The notes below the pieces were generated by a model that saw only the letters and a program-made list of their open reading frames with translations, was not told the origin of the DNA and did no database searches. From NCBI GenBank assembly GCA_038087875.1, contig CM075996.1, positions 6,512,001-6,576,000 on the forward strand: a stretch of 64,000 bases of DNA, read 5' to 3'. The DNA comes from Malacoraja senta. Lineage: Eukaryota. A program made the translations under genes and the position numbers. This document shows positions 1 to 12,842 of the stretch, in pieces. How positions within the stretch are numbered: the first letter of the stretch is position 1; the number at the start of each line of letters is the position of its first letter.

Positions 1-454
1 GTGGCGTGCATGGCAGTGCTGCTCCCCACCATCATCACCATGATGATCCAGCGAGGTGGAGGCGCTGCGGGGCCACACGTACGGAGCCCGCAGCCGGATC
101 CAAAGCGGCTCCAGCTCCAGCCGTGGGCAGCTCTGGAAGGAGGGCGAGTTAGGGTTAGCCATTTTCCTCTCAGTGGAAGATGCCTTAGCCTCCCCCCAGC
201 CTGGCACTGCCCCTGTCCCACTATGGCCGTGACCCCCACTCTGCACACTGGCAGTCAGTGAGGTTCAGTAAACGGGGGAACCCACAGGAACTGTCCTCAC
301 CCATTAATTAGGCTGGTTCAGGAGCCTGACCTCTGCGGCAGTCTCATTCAAAATACACACAATATATTAATTATATTATTTATATATAATATAATTATAA
401 TTATATATAATTATATATAATTACAGTCATATTCACAAGTCATATATATATATA

Positions 455-1430
455 TAATAGACAATAGACATTAGGTGCAGGAGTAGGCCATTCGGCCCTT
501 CGAGTCAGCACCGCCATTCAATGTGATCATGGCTGATCATCCCCAATCAGTACCCTGTTCCTGCCTTCTCCCCATATCCCCTGACTCCGCTATTTTTAAG
601 AGCCCTATCTAGCTCTCTCTTGAAAGCATCCAGAGAACCCGCCTCCACCGCCCTCTGAGGCAGAGAATTCTAGACTCACAACTCTCTGTGAGAAAAACTG
701 TTTCCTCGTCTCCGTTCTAAATGGCTTACTCCTTATTCTTAAACTGTGGCCCCTGGTTCTGGACTCCCCCAACATCAGGAACATTTTCCTGCCTCTAGCG
801 TGTCCAAGACCTTACCAATCTTATATGTTTCAATGAGATCCCCTCTGATCCGTCTAAACTCCAGAGTGTACAAGCCCAGCTGCTCCATTCTCTCAGCATA
901 TGACAGCCCCGCCATCCCGGGAATTAACATTGCAAACCTATGCTGCACTCCCTCAATGCTAAGAATGTCCTTCCTCAAATTAGGGGGCCAAAACTGCACA
1001 CAATATTCCAGGTGTGGTCTCACTAGGGCCCTGTACAACTGCAGAAGGACCTCTTTGCTCCTATATTTGATTCCTCTTGTTATAAAAGCCAACATGCCAT
1101 TCGCTTTCTTCACTGCCTGCTGTACCTGCATGCTTACTTTCATAGACTGATGTACAAGGACCCCCAGATCCCGTTGTACTTCCCCTTTTCCCAACTTGAC
1201 GCCATTTAGATAGTAATCTGCCTTCCTGTTTTTGCTACCAAAGTGGATAACCTCACATTTATCTGCTTTAAACTTCACCTGCCATGCATCTGCCCACTCC
1301 CCCAACCTGTCCAAGTCACTTTGCATTCTCATAGCATCCTCCTCACAGTTCACACTGCCACCCAGCTTTGTGTCATCTGCAAATTTGCTAATGTTACTTT
1401 GAATCCCTTCATCTAAATCATTGATGTATA
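455..1430 (-). mobile_element. CR1 (HER1-like) LINE 3' fragment
   Basis: RT C-terminus YINDLDEG...KFADDTKLGG...LYRALVRPHLEYCVQFW; 3' tail of (CTATTGT)n. Confidence 0.95.
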
Positions 1431-1689
1431 ATAATATATGGTTTAAACAGTCGGAATTAGGCTCCTCATGGAGTAATATGAGCATTGAACACTAGATAGC
1501 GGTTACTTTTTCGATCTCGTTTTCTAATTAGTTTAATTAATTAAAGTGCAGCTTTTGACACTGTCGTGTTATGACTTCCTCCTCAATTATATTTTATCTA
1601 AATCTGTGCAAAATTTCAAGTAGTTCCCAGACATGGGTCACGAAAGTCAAATTCTAGACACATTTTTGATGCTCGGCCCACAGCCTAAC

Positions 1690-2300
1690 AATCCTCCTCA
1701 TGTCTCCCTCAGTGTCCGGCTTGGCGCCAGTGCCCCGGGGTCGCGGGGTCGTGGCCGGAGCGAGCGGACAATCGCTTCGCGCCAACTTTCCCTGGCGCTC
1801 AAGTTTGGCGGGTTTCGCGCAGACGGACAGCGGTCTCCGCCAATTGGACGGACTGTCCTCCCATGGCCCAACGCTGTGGCCGGAGCGAGGTCCAATGGTC
1901 AGCGAGGGGGGGCGGGGCGGGACATGGCAGGGGTCTATAAAAGGCGGCGCTGCAGTCCAGTGTCCGCAGGCGAGTGGCCGGAGAGGAACCTCGACGCGCA
2001 CCCCCGCCCCGAGTGGACAGCGGCGCGCCCCCGTCCGCCAGGGATCCTTCAAGACACAGTCCATCGCTCTGGTCATCCCACTGGTCAGCGAGGCTTCACC
2101 GGCCGGACCGGGTCTGCGTTCCGGACACGACCAAGGGTCAAGGTGAAAGGCATCGTCCCTCTCCCGCAGTTGAATAAAATATCTTCTCAGGGGCCGCTGA
2201 CCGACGGGTCCGGGTCCCCTTGAGGAGCGATGGGCGAGTGTGAGGGCGGAGTGTCTCTTTCTTGTGTCATTCTGCTCCATTGATGGTGTTCGCGGTTACA
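1690..2300 (+). promoter_or_regulatory. CpG island with CCAAT, GC-box and TATA motifs
   Basis: CCAAT at about 1840 and 1892, GGGGCGGGGC at about 1909, TATAAAAGG at about 1936; high CpG density. Confidence 0.5.
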
Positions 2301-4879
2301 CACTCACTCACCGGCGCTCAGACCCCTCAAGTCCAGCTACGCACAAGCATCTGCAGGTCAGGTTGGCTCCGAGATGATCCATCGCCACTAGGACCGCTCT
2401 GCGACCAGCCTTGAAGACGATGGCGTGGGAGGGAGACCGCGACCGAGATGTGCTTCCAGCCCGAGATCTTGTCGGAGATCGGTGAGGTGCAATCTCCTCG
2501 GTCAGATGGAAAACAGCTGGAGGAACTCAGCGGGTCAGGCAGCATCTGTGGAGGGAATGGATCGTGACCCTTCAAGACTCCATTCTTGTCTCCATTTCAC
2601 TCCGTCCAACAAAGGCCCTTGTAAGAGCCACTAGAAAGAGCTACAACCTCTTCCCCGCCCGCGCTCTCGTCTGTATTTGGGATTCCATCGTCAACATCGT
2701 ACAACTGGCACCGATCTGTTGCTCGGGAGAATCCACGGTGTTTAAGAAATTTGTCAAACTAATCCGGACACACACACAGGGAGACATAGAAACATAGAAA
2801 ATAGGTGCAGGAGTAGGCCATTCGGCCCTTCGAGCCAGCACCACCATTCATTGTGATCATGGCTGATCATCCACAATCAGTACCCGGTTCCTGCCTTCTC
2901 CCCATATCCCTTGACTCTACTAGCCCCTAGAGCTTTATCTAACTCACACACATACTAGGGAGACAGACACACACACACACAGGGACACAGACACACACAC
3001 ACACACAGGGAGACAGACACACACACGCATAGGGAGACAACACAGGGAGACAGACACGCACAGACCTCCAAATTTCCGAGCAGTAATTGTCCAATCAAAG
3101 CGCGTTTACATCAATAACAAGGTTTCCAAGGGACAACACAGTATTGACACACAAGGGATAAAGGTATTGCAACCTAGTTACATCAAAACAATAACAACGT
3201 TTCCAAAGAATAACGGTATGCTAACCTTGCTGATAATTTTGTTTTACAATTGATTTATCTTTGTAAAGTTATGATGTGAACTGTTAAATAAAAATGTAGG
3301 GTTAGGATTAGGGTCGGCCGGCCTGTGGATGCTGCGAAGGGTCGGTCGGGCCGCCAGTGGGTGCTGAGAGTGGTCGGTCAGGCTGTTGGGCAGCTGGTGT
3401 TCCAGCGAATGAGCAGGCAGACTGATGGAGCTGGTGCTATGTGGGTGCTGAAGGCGGCGTGCAGGGCAGTGCTGCTCCCCACCATCATCACCGTGATGAT
3501 CCAGGACGGCCATGCTGGCCGAGGTGGATGCGCTGCTGGGCCACACTTACGGAGCCCGCAGCCGGTCCCAAAGCGGCTCCAGCTCCAGCTCCAGCCGTGG
3601 GCAGCTCTGGAAGGGGGGCGAGTTAGGGTTAGGCATTTTCCTGTCAGTGGAAGATGCCCCCCCCCCCCAGCCTGGCACTACCCCAGTCCCACTATGGCCG
3701 TGACCCCCACTCTGCACACTGGCAGTCAGTGGGGTTCAGTAAACGGAACTGCCCTCACCCATTAATTAGGCTGGTTCAGGAGCCGGACTGCTGCGGCAGT
3801 CTCATTCAAAAAACCCACTCTCAATTATATTCATGATATTATTTTTATATAATACAATTATATATAACTCCAGTCATATTCACAAGTCATATATATGGTA
3901 TAATAATATATGGTTTAAGTAGACCGCAGCATGGAATTAGGCTCGCCATGGAGTAATATGGGCATTGATGGCGCTTACTTTTTCAATCTCATTTTCTAAT
4001 TAGTTTAATTAATTAAAGTGCAACTTTTGGCACTGACGAATTATGACTTTCTCCTCAATTATATTTTATCTAAATCTGTGCCAAATTTCAAGTAGTTCCC
4101 AAACATGGGTCACTAAAGTTAAATTCTAGACACATTTTGGATGCTCGGCCCACAGCCTAATTTGCGAGTTTGGAAGCGATTTCGGAAGTTCGCTCTTTCG
4201 AGGAGAGAGCTACAGCCTTGGACCGTGTCACGAATGGTGATCGAGAACAGAAACATCCCGTTCTGCTGTGTACTCGGGATACATGAGTTATGTGCCTTAT
4301 TTAATAGTGTAATAAAATACTTAGATTCAAATACTAGTGAATCAAACTCTGTTGTCCGAATCCGGTGATTTATTGAACACAACACTGAGTCCGCAGCGAC
4401 CAGCGATCCCCGCACGCTAACACTACCCTACACACAGTGGGGCCAGTTTACATTTACACCAAGCCAACTAACCTACAAACCTGCACGTCTTTGGAGTGCG
4501 GGATGAAACCGGGGCTCAAAGTTTCAAAGCTCTGGGGTCAAAATATGCATTTCGATGCACGCATGATATCCTGATGAGAGGTGGAATCTGAGGGAAATTG
4601 ATTAAAAAATGCGGGGAGAATAACGGGTCAGCATAGAGTGGAATGGAATATTTTATTGTCACATGTGACAAGGCACAATTAAATTCTTTGCTTGTACACC
4701 CAAGGTACGCAAATAGCCACCCACGGCGCTGACAAAGTAGATGGGCCGAAGGGCCTGCGTCCATATTTACTCTATAAGAATGGAATATTATCATTAGAGT
4801 CTCCTCGCCGTATCTTTAAACTAAACTAAAAACGAAACTTAAGTGATTCCCAGCCCAGCGCTGAAGGTCTATCAAGGTC

Positions 4880-5810
4880 AGGCACGTTTAGTTTACGACC
4901 AGGCTCTCACCAGGGTTTCTTCCATACCCCGTAACACTGCTCTCTCTCCCCATCCCCCCACTCGTAACAAGGGCAGAGTCCCCCTAGTCTTCACCTTCCA
5001 CCCTACCAGCCATCACGTACAACAAATAATCCTCCGTCATTTTCGCCACCTCCAACGTGACCCCCACCACTTGCCACATCTGCCCATCTCCTCCCCGGTC
5101 TGCTTTCCGCAGAGACCGCTCCCCCCGTAACTCCCTGGTCCATTCGTCCCTTCCCACCCGAACCACTCCCTCTCCGGACACTTTCCCTGGCAACTGCAAG
5201 AGAAGCTACACTTGTCGCTTTACCTCCCACCTCGACTCCATTCAAGGACCCAAGCAGTCTTTCCAGGTGTGACAGAGGTTCACCTGCATCTCCTCCAACC
5301 TCATCTATTGCATCCGCTGCTCTAGATGTCAGCTGATCTACATCGGTGAGACCAAGCGTAGGCTTGACGATTGCTTCGCCGAACACCTCCGCTCGGTTTG
5401 CAATAATCAACCTGACCTCCCGGTGGCTCAGCACTTCAACTCCCCCTCCCATTCCGAATCCGATCTTTCTGTCCTGGGCCTCCTCCATGGCCAGAGTGAC
5501 GACCACCGTAAATTGGAGGAGCAGCACCTCATATTTCTCTTGGGCAGTTTACACCCCAGCGGCATGAACATTGACTTCTCTAATTTCAGGTAGTCCCTAC
5601 TGTCTCCTCTCCTTCTCAGCTCTCCCTCTAGCCCTCTGACTCCTCCTCTTCCTTTCTTCATCCCCCCCCCACCCTCACATCAGTCTGAAGAAGGGTTTCG
5701 GCCCGAAACGTTGCCTATTTCCTTCGCTCCATAGATGCTGCCTCACCCGCTGAGTTCCTCCAACATTTTTCTCTACCTTCGATTTTCCAGCATATGCAGA
5801 TCCTTCTTAA
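4880..5810 (+). mobile_element. Penelope-like element 3' part (GIY-YIG endonuclease remnant plus pLTR)
   Basis: RVPLVFTFHP..IILRHFRHLQRD; FTCISSNLIYCIRCSRCQLIYIGETKRRL..FAEHLRSV; followed by CTGAAGAAGGGTTTCGGCCCGAAACG. Confidence 0.9.
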
Positions 5811-6974
5811 ATGTTTAGTTTAGTTTAGAGATATAGCAGGGAAACAGGCCCTTCAGCCCACTGGGTCCACGCCGACCAGCGATCCCCACACTATCCTATA
5901 CCCACTAAGGACAATTTTTACATTTACCAAGCCAATTAACCTACAAACCTGCACATCTTTGGAGTGTGGGAGGAAACCGAAGATCTCAGAGAAAACCCAC
6001 GCAGATCGCGGGGAGAAAGTACAAACTCCGTACAGACAGCACCCGTCAAACCCGGGTCTCCGGCGGGTCTGCATTCGCTGTAAGGCATCAACTCCACCGC
6101 TGCGCACAAAGACATGTCGAGCGTGCTGGAGTAGCAGTACATTGTCCTGCAAGGACTCCACTCCGTTCTCCCAATTCCTCTGTCTCCATCATGTTTGCCC
6201 CAGTGTTGTAACCTTCCTCTGAGATGTCTACATCTTCTTGCGCTGTGCCTTTCCCTCGACCACAGTCGACAGACCTCTTGCTTGCGGCCCTCTCTGTCAC
6301 GTTGACCTAGGTTTATCCCTCTCCAATTCCAGTGAAGCAACTTTGAGCTGAAACACTAACTTTCACACTCCACGGATGCAGCCTGACCTGTTTCCAGCGC
6401 CTCTGTTCTGGTTTGTAATCTGCAAACAAATGACCTTGAATTTGTTTTACTTCGCTGGTGTGGATACAAGGAACTGCAGATGCTGGTTTACCAAGAAAAG
6501 ACACAAAGTGCTGGAGTAACAGCGGGTCAGGCAGCATCTCTGGATAGAAGAAATGGGTGACGTTTCAGGTCGGGACCCTCCCTTCAGACTCGAGTTGAAG
6601 AAGGGCCCCAACCTGAAATGTCACCCATTCCTTGTTCACCAGAGATGCTGCCTGACCCGCTGAGTTGCTCCAGCTTTCTGTGTCTTGCCCTGCTATCATT
6701 GTTATTTTACTCGGCACCCGACCACTCCCCCCCCCCCCCCGTCTAATTGTGCACCTCCTTTTATAATGTGGGAACCAAAATTGTTTGTAGCAACACAATG
6801 CTCTAACCATGTTTTCATAAGTTCATAGGTCATAGGAGCAGAATTTGGCCATTCAGCCCATCGAGTCTACTCCACCATTCAATCATGGCTGAACTAACTT
6901 CCCCTCTCAACCCCATTCTCCTGCCTTCTCCCAGTCCAGCGCTGAAGGACCATCAAGGTTGGTGGTGGGCCCCA

Positions 6975-8046
6975 TCAAGAACCACCGTCCTCTCTTGCTT
7001 CGAGGGCGGCCCCCCTTGGTGCAGCTGGGCGCTGTGTCCCTGGACTCCCCCGGGGCCTCCTGCGGAAGGTGACCCGCCCCGCCGAGCCCCTCCTGCGCCA
7101 GGCCGCCGACTCCTTGTAGTTCTTGGAGAGCAGGGTGTAGAGGAAGGGATTGATGCAGCTGTTGCTGTAGGTCAGGCAGGTCACGAAGAAGTTGACGTAG
7201 GTGTGGGCGGCTGGCGACAATCAATCCCAGCGGGCCGCGGTGGTACAGCTTGGCCAACTGCCACGACCAGAACGGCACAAAGCAGGCCCAGTAAGACAGG
7301 ATGATGCTGAGATCATGTACAAGACCTTCTGCTTCAAGTTGACGTCCTCCTCTCGAGATTCAACCTCCCGGAGAACCAGTAGACGCGCCCCAGCCGGGCG
7401 TACAGATACCCGATGATGAGGCCTGGGGCCAAGATGCTGGTGTTGAATAAAATTGTGAGGTTGACCTTGTAGGAGGTGTGTTTCCAAGACGTGTGGCAGA
7501 TCCTCTTTGGGACCCCGGCTGGGTCCGGGCTTTCCCGAAGATGTATCGTGATCATCATGGGCAAGCTGAGAAGGCAGGACAGTAGCCAAACAAGGGCAGC
7601 GACCGCTTCCTGCAGCTTCTCGAGCGCCCGGGGTCCAGGGGCGAGGCCACGGCTCGGTACCGCTCCAGCCTCATGACGGTGAGGATGAAGATGCTGCGTG
7701 CATGGTCAGCAGGTCCAGGCTGAAGAGGAGCCTGCAGCCCACCTCCTCGAAGTACCAGTCCTGGGCAAAGTAGGTGCAGACCACGAAGGGGATGGTACAC
7801 CAGGTAGAGCAGGTCGGCCAGGGCCAGGTTGGAGATGTAGACGCACATGGAGCTGGTGGACCTCATTGATCGGGCGGTGACCACCAGAGTGTAGATGTTG
7901 CCCACGATGCCAAAGATGCACATGGTGCCCAGGGTGGCCCCCAGCAGCGACGTGACCAGCACCTGGTTTGGGTTCTCCTCATTTTGAAGGGACGTGTTAG
8001 CGGTCGAGTTGCTCTTCGGGACTTGGCCAACATCAACGTCTTCCAT
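6975..8046 (-). pseudogene. Urotensin-II receptor family class A GPCR, intronless, with multiple frameshifts (pseudogene or consensus errors)
   Basis: Stitched frames: MEDV...SLLGATLGTMCIFGIVGNIYTLVV...[17 protein letters not shown] / [33 protein letters not shown] / [17 protein letters not shown] / LPMMITIHL...YKVNLTILFNTSILAPGLIIGYLYARL / QKVLYMI / PFWSWQL / [47 protein letters not shown] and [15 protein letters not shown] are UTS2R hallmarks. Subtype not assignable by eye. Confidence 0.88.
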
Positions 8047-8400
8047 CTTCCTTTTGATTTGTCATTTGGCTTCCCAAGCTGAGAGAGGACTGAGAGAACT
8101 CAGCTGGAGAGAAGGAATGGTTCACTGCCATTGCATCTGGAAAAAAAAAATCTTGGTTATTTTCCTCAACAGAAATGGCACGGTGGTGCAGCGGTAGAGT
8201 TGCTGCCTCTCTACGTCAGAGTCCCAGGTTCGATCCTGACTACGGGTGCTGTCCGTACGGAGCTTGTACGTTCTCTCTGTGACCGCCTGGGTTTTCTCCG
8301 GGTGCTCCGGTTTCTTCACACGGACAGGTTTGTAGGTTCAATGGCTTTGGTACAATATGCCCCTATTCCTCCGAACCAACCTGACCGCTGCCAGTCCCCG

Positions 8401-8600
8401 NNNNNNNNNNNNNNNNNNNNNNNNNNNNNNNNNNNNNNNNNNNNNNNNNNNNNNNNNNNNNNNNNNNNNNNNNNNNNNNNNNNNNNNNNNNNNNNNNNNN
8501 NNNNNNNNNNNNNNNNNNNNNNNNNNNNNNNNNNNNNNNNNNNNNNNNNNNNNNNNNNNNNNNNNNNNNNNNNNNNNNNNNNNNNNNNNNNNNNNNNNNN
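8401..8600. other. Assembly gap
   Basis: 200 N. Confidence 1.
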
Positions 8601-9671
8601 AGATGTTTAGATCTAGTAATTAAATTTTAGATGAATTTAATTGATTAGATGAATTTAATTGATTTGATGAAACTGATGAATATGATTTTATTGTTGGGTA
8701 TTTACTATTTATTTTAGCGTTTAAGTTTATCATTTCTACCTTTTTTCTAAAACTGCAAATAATAACTTGTTTCTGTTAATGCTGTTCAGTGTTTTATTTT
8801 CCTTTACATTTTAAACAGATGTCTCCGAAGAAGAAATGCAAAATTGTCAATCCAAATGCCCAGCAAAAGAGACTGATTTAGACAGCATTCGCAGAGACTA
8901 TCCGAATTTGGACTACTCCAAATGTTTTGATCTACAGGACATTCTTAATGGGAAAGTAGTGGGCAGAAAGGCATGTCATGCGTGGCTTGAAGAGCAAAAA
9001 CTTGTAGTTTACAATGCCAAAATTGAAAAGTTGAGGAAAAACAAGGTGTACAGAGTTGCTTATTGGTTACAATCTGAGGAGTATGATGATGCTACTGATT
9101 ATGATATGCCAATGTACTAGATAGCAACTGATCTTCTCCATAAAGACCTGGTCTATTGCTAGAAATTGTAATTTATTTACCTATCTGTTACGGGCTTACA
9201 GCATAGAATGCAATAATATTAAAGTTCTGATCTTGAGAATATCACATTTTTGAATTTTCAAGGCAGTCTGGGTGTTTATTACTATTTCCGTCACAACGGT
9301 CAATTTTGTAATTAGCTACAATTAGGTAATTAATTAATTATATGCTTTAATTTCAGTTCATCCAAGTAAGATGTTTTATATTTGTTTCAGAATGCTTCAA
9401 TCTATCATAACTGAAAATTTCATTCAGTTCTCTTAATTTTTAATAAAGTTATGGGCTTTTGACTGTCCTCGATCACAGCTTTTGTGTTAAGTCAATGGAA
9501 AAGCAATAGGGAACAAGATGCTAATTTCCGAGTATCAAAATGGCCATAACTGTTTTAATACTGAAGGTATCAAATTCATCAGGTGTCAAATTAAACTTCT
9601 TTTTATGCTTTATCTGATGGGATAAATTGCAGACTTGATTTTTAAACTCTCAAAATTTTGCAACATTGCTA
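8601..9671 (+). mobile_element. AT-rich putative DNA-transposon end carrying a spliced exon (8819-9162)
   Basis: AT-rich block with acceptor ttttaaacag|, ORF ...VVGRKACHAWLEEQKLVVYNAKIEKLRKNKVYRVAYW...MY*IATDLLHKDLVYC*; ends abruptly at ...TTTTGCAACATTGCTA, which looks like a terminus. Confidence 0.5.
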
Positions 9672-9789
9672 TATTTACACATGCGGGTCAGGCAGCATCT
9701 TTTAGTTTTTAGTTTGGACATTCAGCACGGAAACAGGCCCTTCGGCCCCCTGAGACCGCACTGACACCATGTACACCATGTACATTTGT

Positions 9790-10388
9790 ACTATCCCCTG
9801 GTCAAAAAGGCACAACAGAGGATGCACTTCCTGCGGCAGCTGAGGAAGCACAATCTGCCACAGGCAATGATGGTCCAATTCTACACGGCCATCGTAGAGT
9901 CTGTTCTCACCTTCTCCATCATGGTCTGGTTTGGCTCAGCCTCCAAGCACGACACCTGGAGGCTGCAGCGAATCGTTCGATCAGCTGAGAAGATTATTGG
10001 CTGCAACCTTCCCTCCATTGATGAACTGTACATTGCAGGGCCCAGGAAGCGAGCGGGCAAGATCATCTCTGATCCCTCTCACCCTGGCCACAAACTCTTT
10101 GAATCACTTCCCTCTGGAAGGCGACTCCGGATTGTCAAAGCTGCCACAGCCAGACATAAAAACAGCTTTTCTCCACGAGTAGTAGCTCTACTCAATAACC
10201 AAAAATCTGTAGCCTCTGGTATTTTATTTAATTCACATGTTTAATCAATAATGTTTTATTATTAATGTTTAATGTTTTATGTGTCATTCCTGACTGTCAC
10301 CGTATGTCATGATGTGGGCGGAGCACCAAGGCAAATTCCTTGTATGTGAATACTTGGCCAATAAACTTATTAATTAATTCATTCATTC
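9790..10388 (+). mobile_element. Rex1/Babar LINE 3' fragment
   Basis: KAQQRMHFLRQLRK...QFYTAIVESVLTFSIMVWFGS...DPSHPGHKLFESLPSGRRLR; AATAAA plus microsatellite tail. Confidence 0.9.
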
Positions 10389-10704
10389 TGCGGCTCCTAT
10401 AGTGCAGCGCTCCTCAATATTGCCCCAACAACAGTGCACTACTCACACAAACAGCACCCTCTGCACTGCAGCTCTCCCTCCGTACGATACAGCAATCATC
10501 TACCCTAGTCTGTAGATCGATACTTAAACCCACCACCCACAAAGGCCTGGACGTAGAGTGGACGTGGAGAGGATGTTCCACTAGTGGGAGAGTCTAGAAC
10601 CAGAGGGCACAGCCTCGGAATAAAAGGACGTATCTTTAGAAAGGAGATATGGAGGAATTTCTGTAGCCAGTGGGTGGTGTCTGTGGGAGTAGTGCACTGT
10701 TGGG

Positions 10705-11255
10705 TAGGATTGCCAACTCTCACACTCCCAAATAAGGGACAAAAAGTCAAAATAAGGGACAAAAGCCCGACGGCAATCCGTTGACCGACTCGGCCGTGGC
10801 TGGGTGAATGATGAGTTGGCCCGGGTGCCGGACTGCACACAAAGCCCAGCCGGCGGGCCAGCTGAGGAGTTTTGGCCCGGGCCGCGCGACGTCGCGCGCA
10901 AAGTCCGGCGCCCCATCCAACTCATGAACTGATGATCGGCCATGAGAAGGAGGGGTGGTGGTGGTGGTGTCGGCGGTCAGCGAAGGTCCGAAGGTCGGAC
11001 AGCTGGCCAGGCTGCACTCGACCGACGGGGCCTCTGGCGAGGCGTGCTGCTGCACTCCATGGGCTGCACTACGTCGGGGCGGGTGAGGCGGGGCCGGACG
11101 CGGCGCTCCGACCCAACAGTTCCCTCGACCCGAGTAGTAGCAGTCAAATACGGGACGGAGAGCGATCCCATACGGGGACAAAATGTACGGGATGTATATA
11201 TGGCCCAATATGTATATATGGACCAATGTACGGGATGTCCCGGCTAATACGGGGT
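10705..11255. mobile_element. hAT-like non-autonomous fragment
   Basis: Begins TAGGATTGCCAAC (TAGGGTTGCCA-type TIR) with repeated AAATAA/CGGGAC subterminal motifs. Confidence 0.5.
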
Positions 11256-11432
11256 GCTGAGGCCACGTTAATGGATATTTTTTAAGGTGGAAATTGATAG
11301 ATTCTTGATTAGTGCGGGTGTCAGAGGTGACGGGGAGAAGGCAGGAGAATGAGGTTGAGAGGGATAGATAGATCAGGCATGATTGAATAGCGGAGTGGAC
11401 TTGATGGGCCGAATGGCCTAATTCCACTCCTA

Positions 11433-11690
<258 letters not shown>

Positions 11691-12842
11691 TTAGAGGGAA
11701 ATGGGCCAAACGCAGGCAGGTGGGACCAGTGTAGATGGGGCATGTTGGTCGGTGTTGGCAAGTTGGGCTGAAGGGCCTGTTTCCACGCTGTATCACTCTA
11801 TCTACTTTACAAGGATGTGTTTAAAATTCCAAAACGTTAGTTTAGTTTAGTTTAGTTATAACGCGCGGAAACAGGCCCTTCGGCCCACGGAGTACTCGTC
11901 GACCAGCGATCCCCGCACCTTAACACTATCCTACGCACACTAGGGACAATTTATAGACAATAGGTGCAGGAGTAGGCCATTCGGCCCTTCGAGCCAGCAC
12001 TGCCATTCAATGTGATCATGGCTGATCATCCCCAATCAGTACCCCGTTCCTGCCTTCTCCCCATATCCCCTGACTGCTATCCTTAAGAGCCCTATCGAGC
12101 TCTCTCTTGAAAGCATCCAGAGAACCCATCTCCACCACCCTCTGAGGCAGAGAATTCCACAGACTCACAACTCTCTGAGAAAAAGTGTTTCCTCGTCTCT
12201 GTTCTAAATGACTTACCCCTTATTTTTAAACTACAATTATACCAAGCCAATTAACTTACAAACCTGTAGGAAAGAACTGCAGATGCTGGTTTAAATCGAA
12301 GGTAGGCACAAAAAGCTGGAGTAACTCAGCGGGACAGGCAGCGTCTCTGGAGAGAAGGAATGGGTGACGTTTCGGGTCAAGACCCTTCTTCAGACCTTCG
12401 ATTTAAACCAGCATCTGCGGTTCTTTCCTAAACTTACAAACCTGTACGTCTTTGGAGTGTGGGAGGAAACCGGAGACCCCCTGGAGAAATCCCACGCAGG
12501 TCAGAACATACAAACTCCGTACAGACAAGCACCCGTAGCCAAAGGCTCTGGCGTTGTAAGGCGCCAACTCTACCGCTGCGCCACAGTGGCGCCCGGAACT
12601 CTGGAGCCGCTGAAGATTGAGAACCTTTCCTGGGAAAAGTTGGGAAAAGCACGGGACAAGTGAGGGAACTGAGGTTGGAATCTCTCTTGAGTACAACACT
12701 CGATGGTACAACCATTGACTATGCTGCAACCACTCTCTCTCTCGCTGCCTCTTGCCATTGGGGTTGGTTCCATTAAAGCATGGCTGAGTAAAACAAGCCG
12801 AGCTTACTATAAGATCCATGTGTCATGGCCGTCAGCTGTGTC

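Larger units (their letters stand above)
1..4160 (+). repeat. Local direct repeat: 1-454 plus 1431-1690 versus 3455-4160
   Basis: Colinear similarity ending at GATGCTCGGCCCACAGCCTAA in both copies; only copy 1 carries the CR1 insertion. Confidence 0.85.

Noticed and set aside
1633..2280. Overlapping 150-210 aa ORFs on both strands
   Set aside because: GC-rich R/P/G/A-biased frames with no recognisable domain; expected in a CpG island.
2438..2500. ATEMCF peptide resembling the ATF4 N-terminus (ATF4 is near GRAP2 in human)
   Set aside because: No start codon at the right position, no uORF layout, and similarity ends after about five residues.
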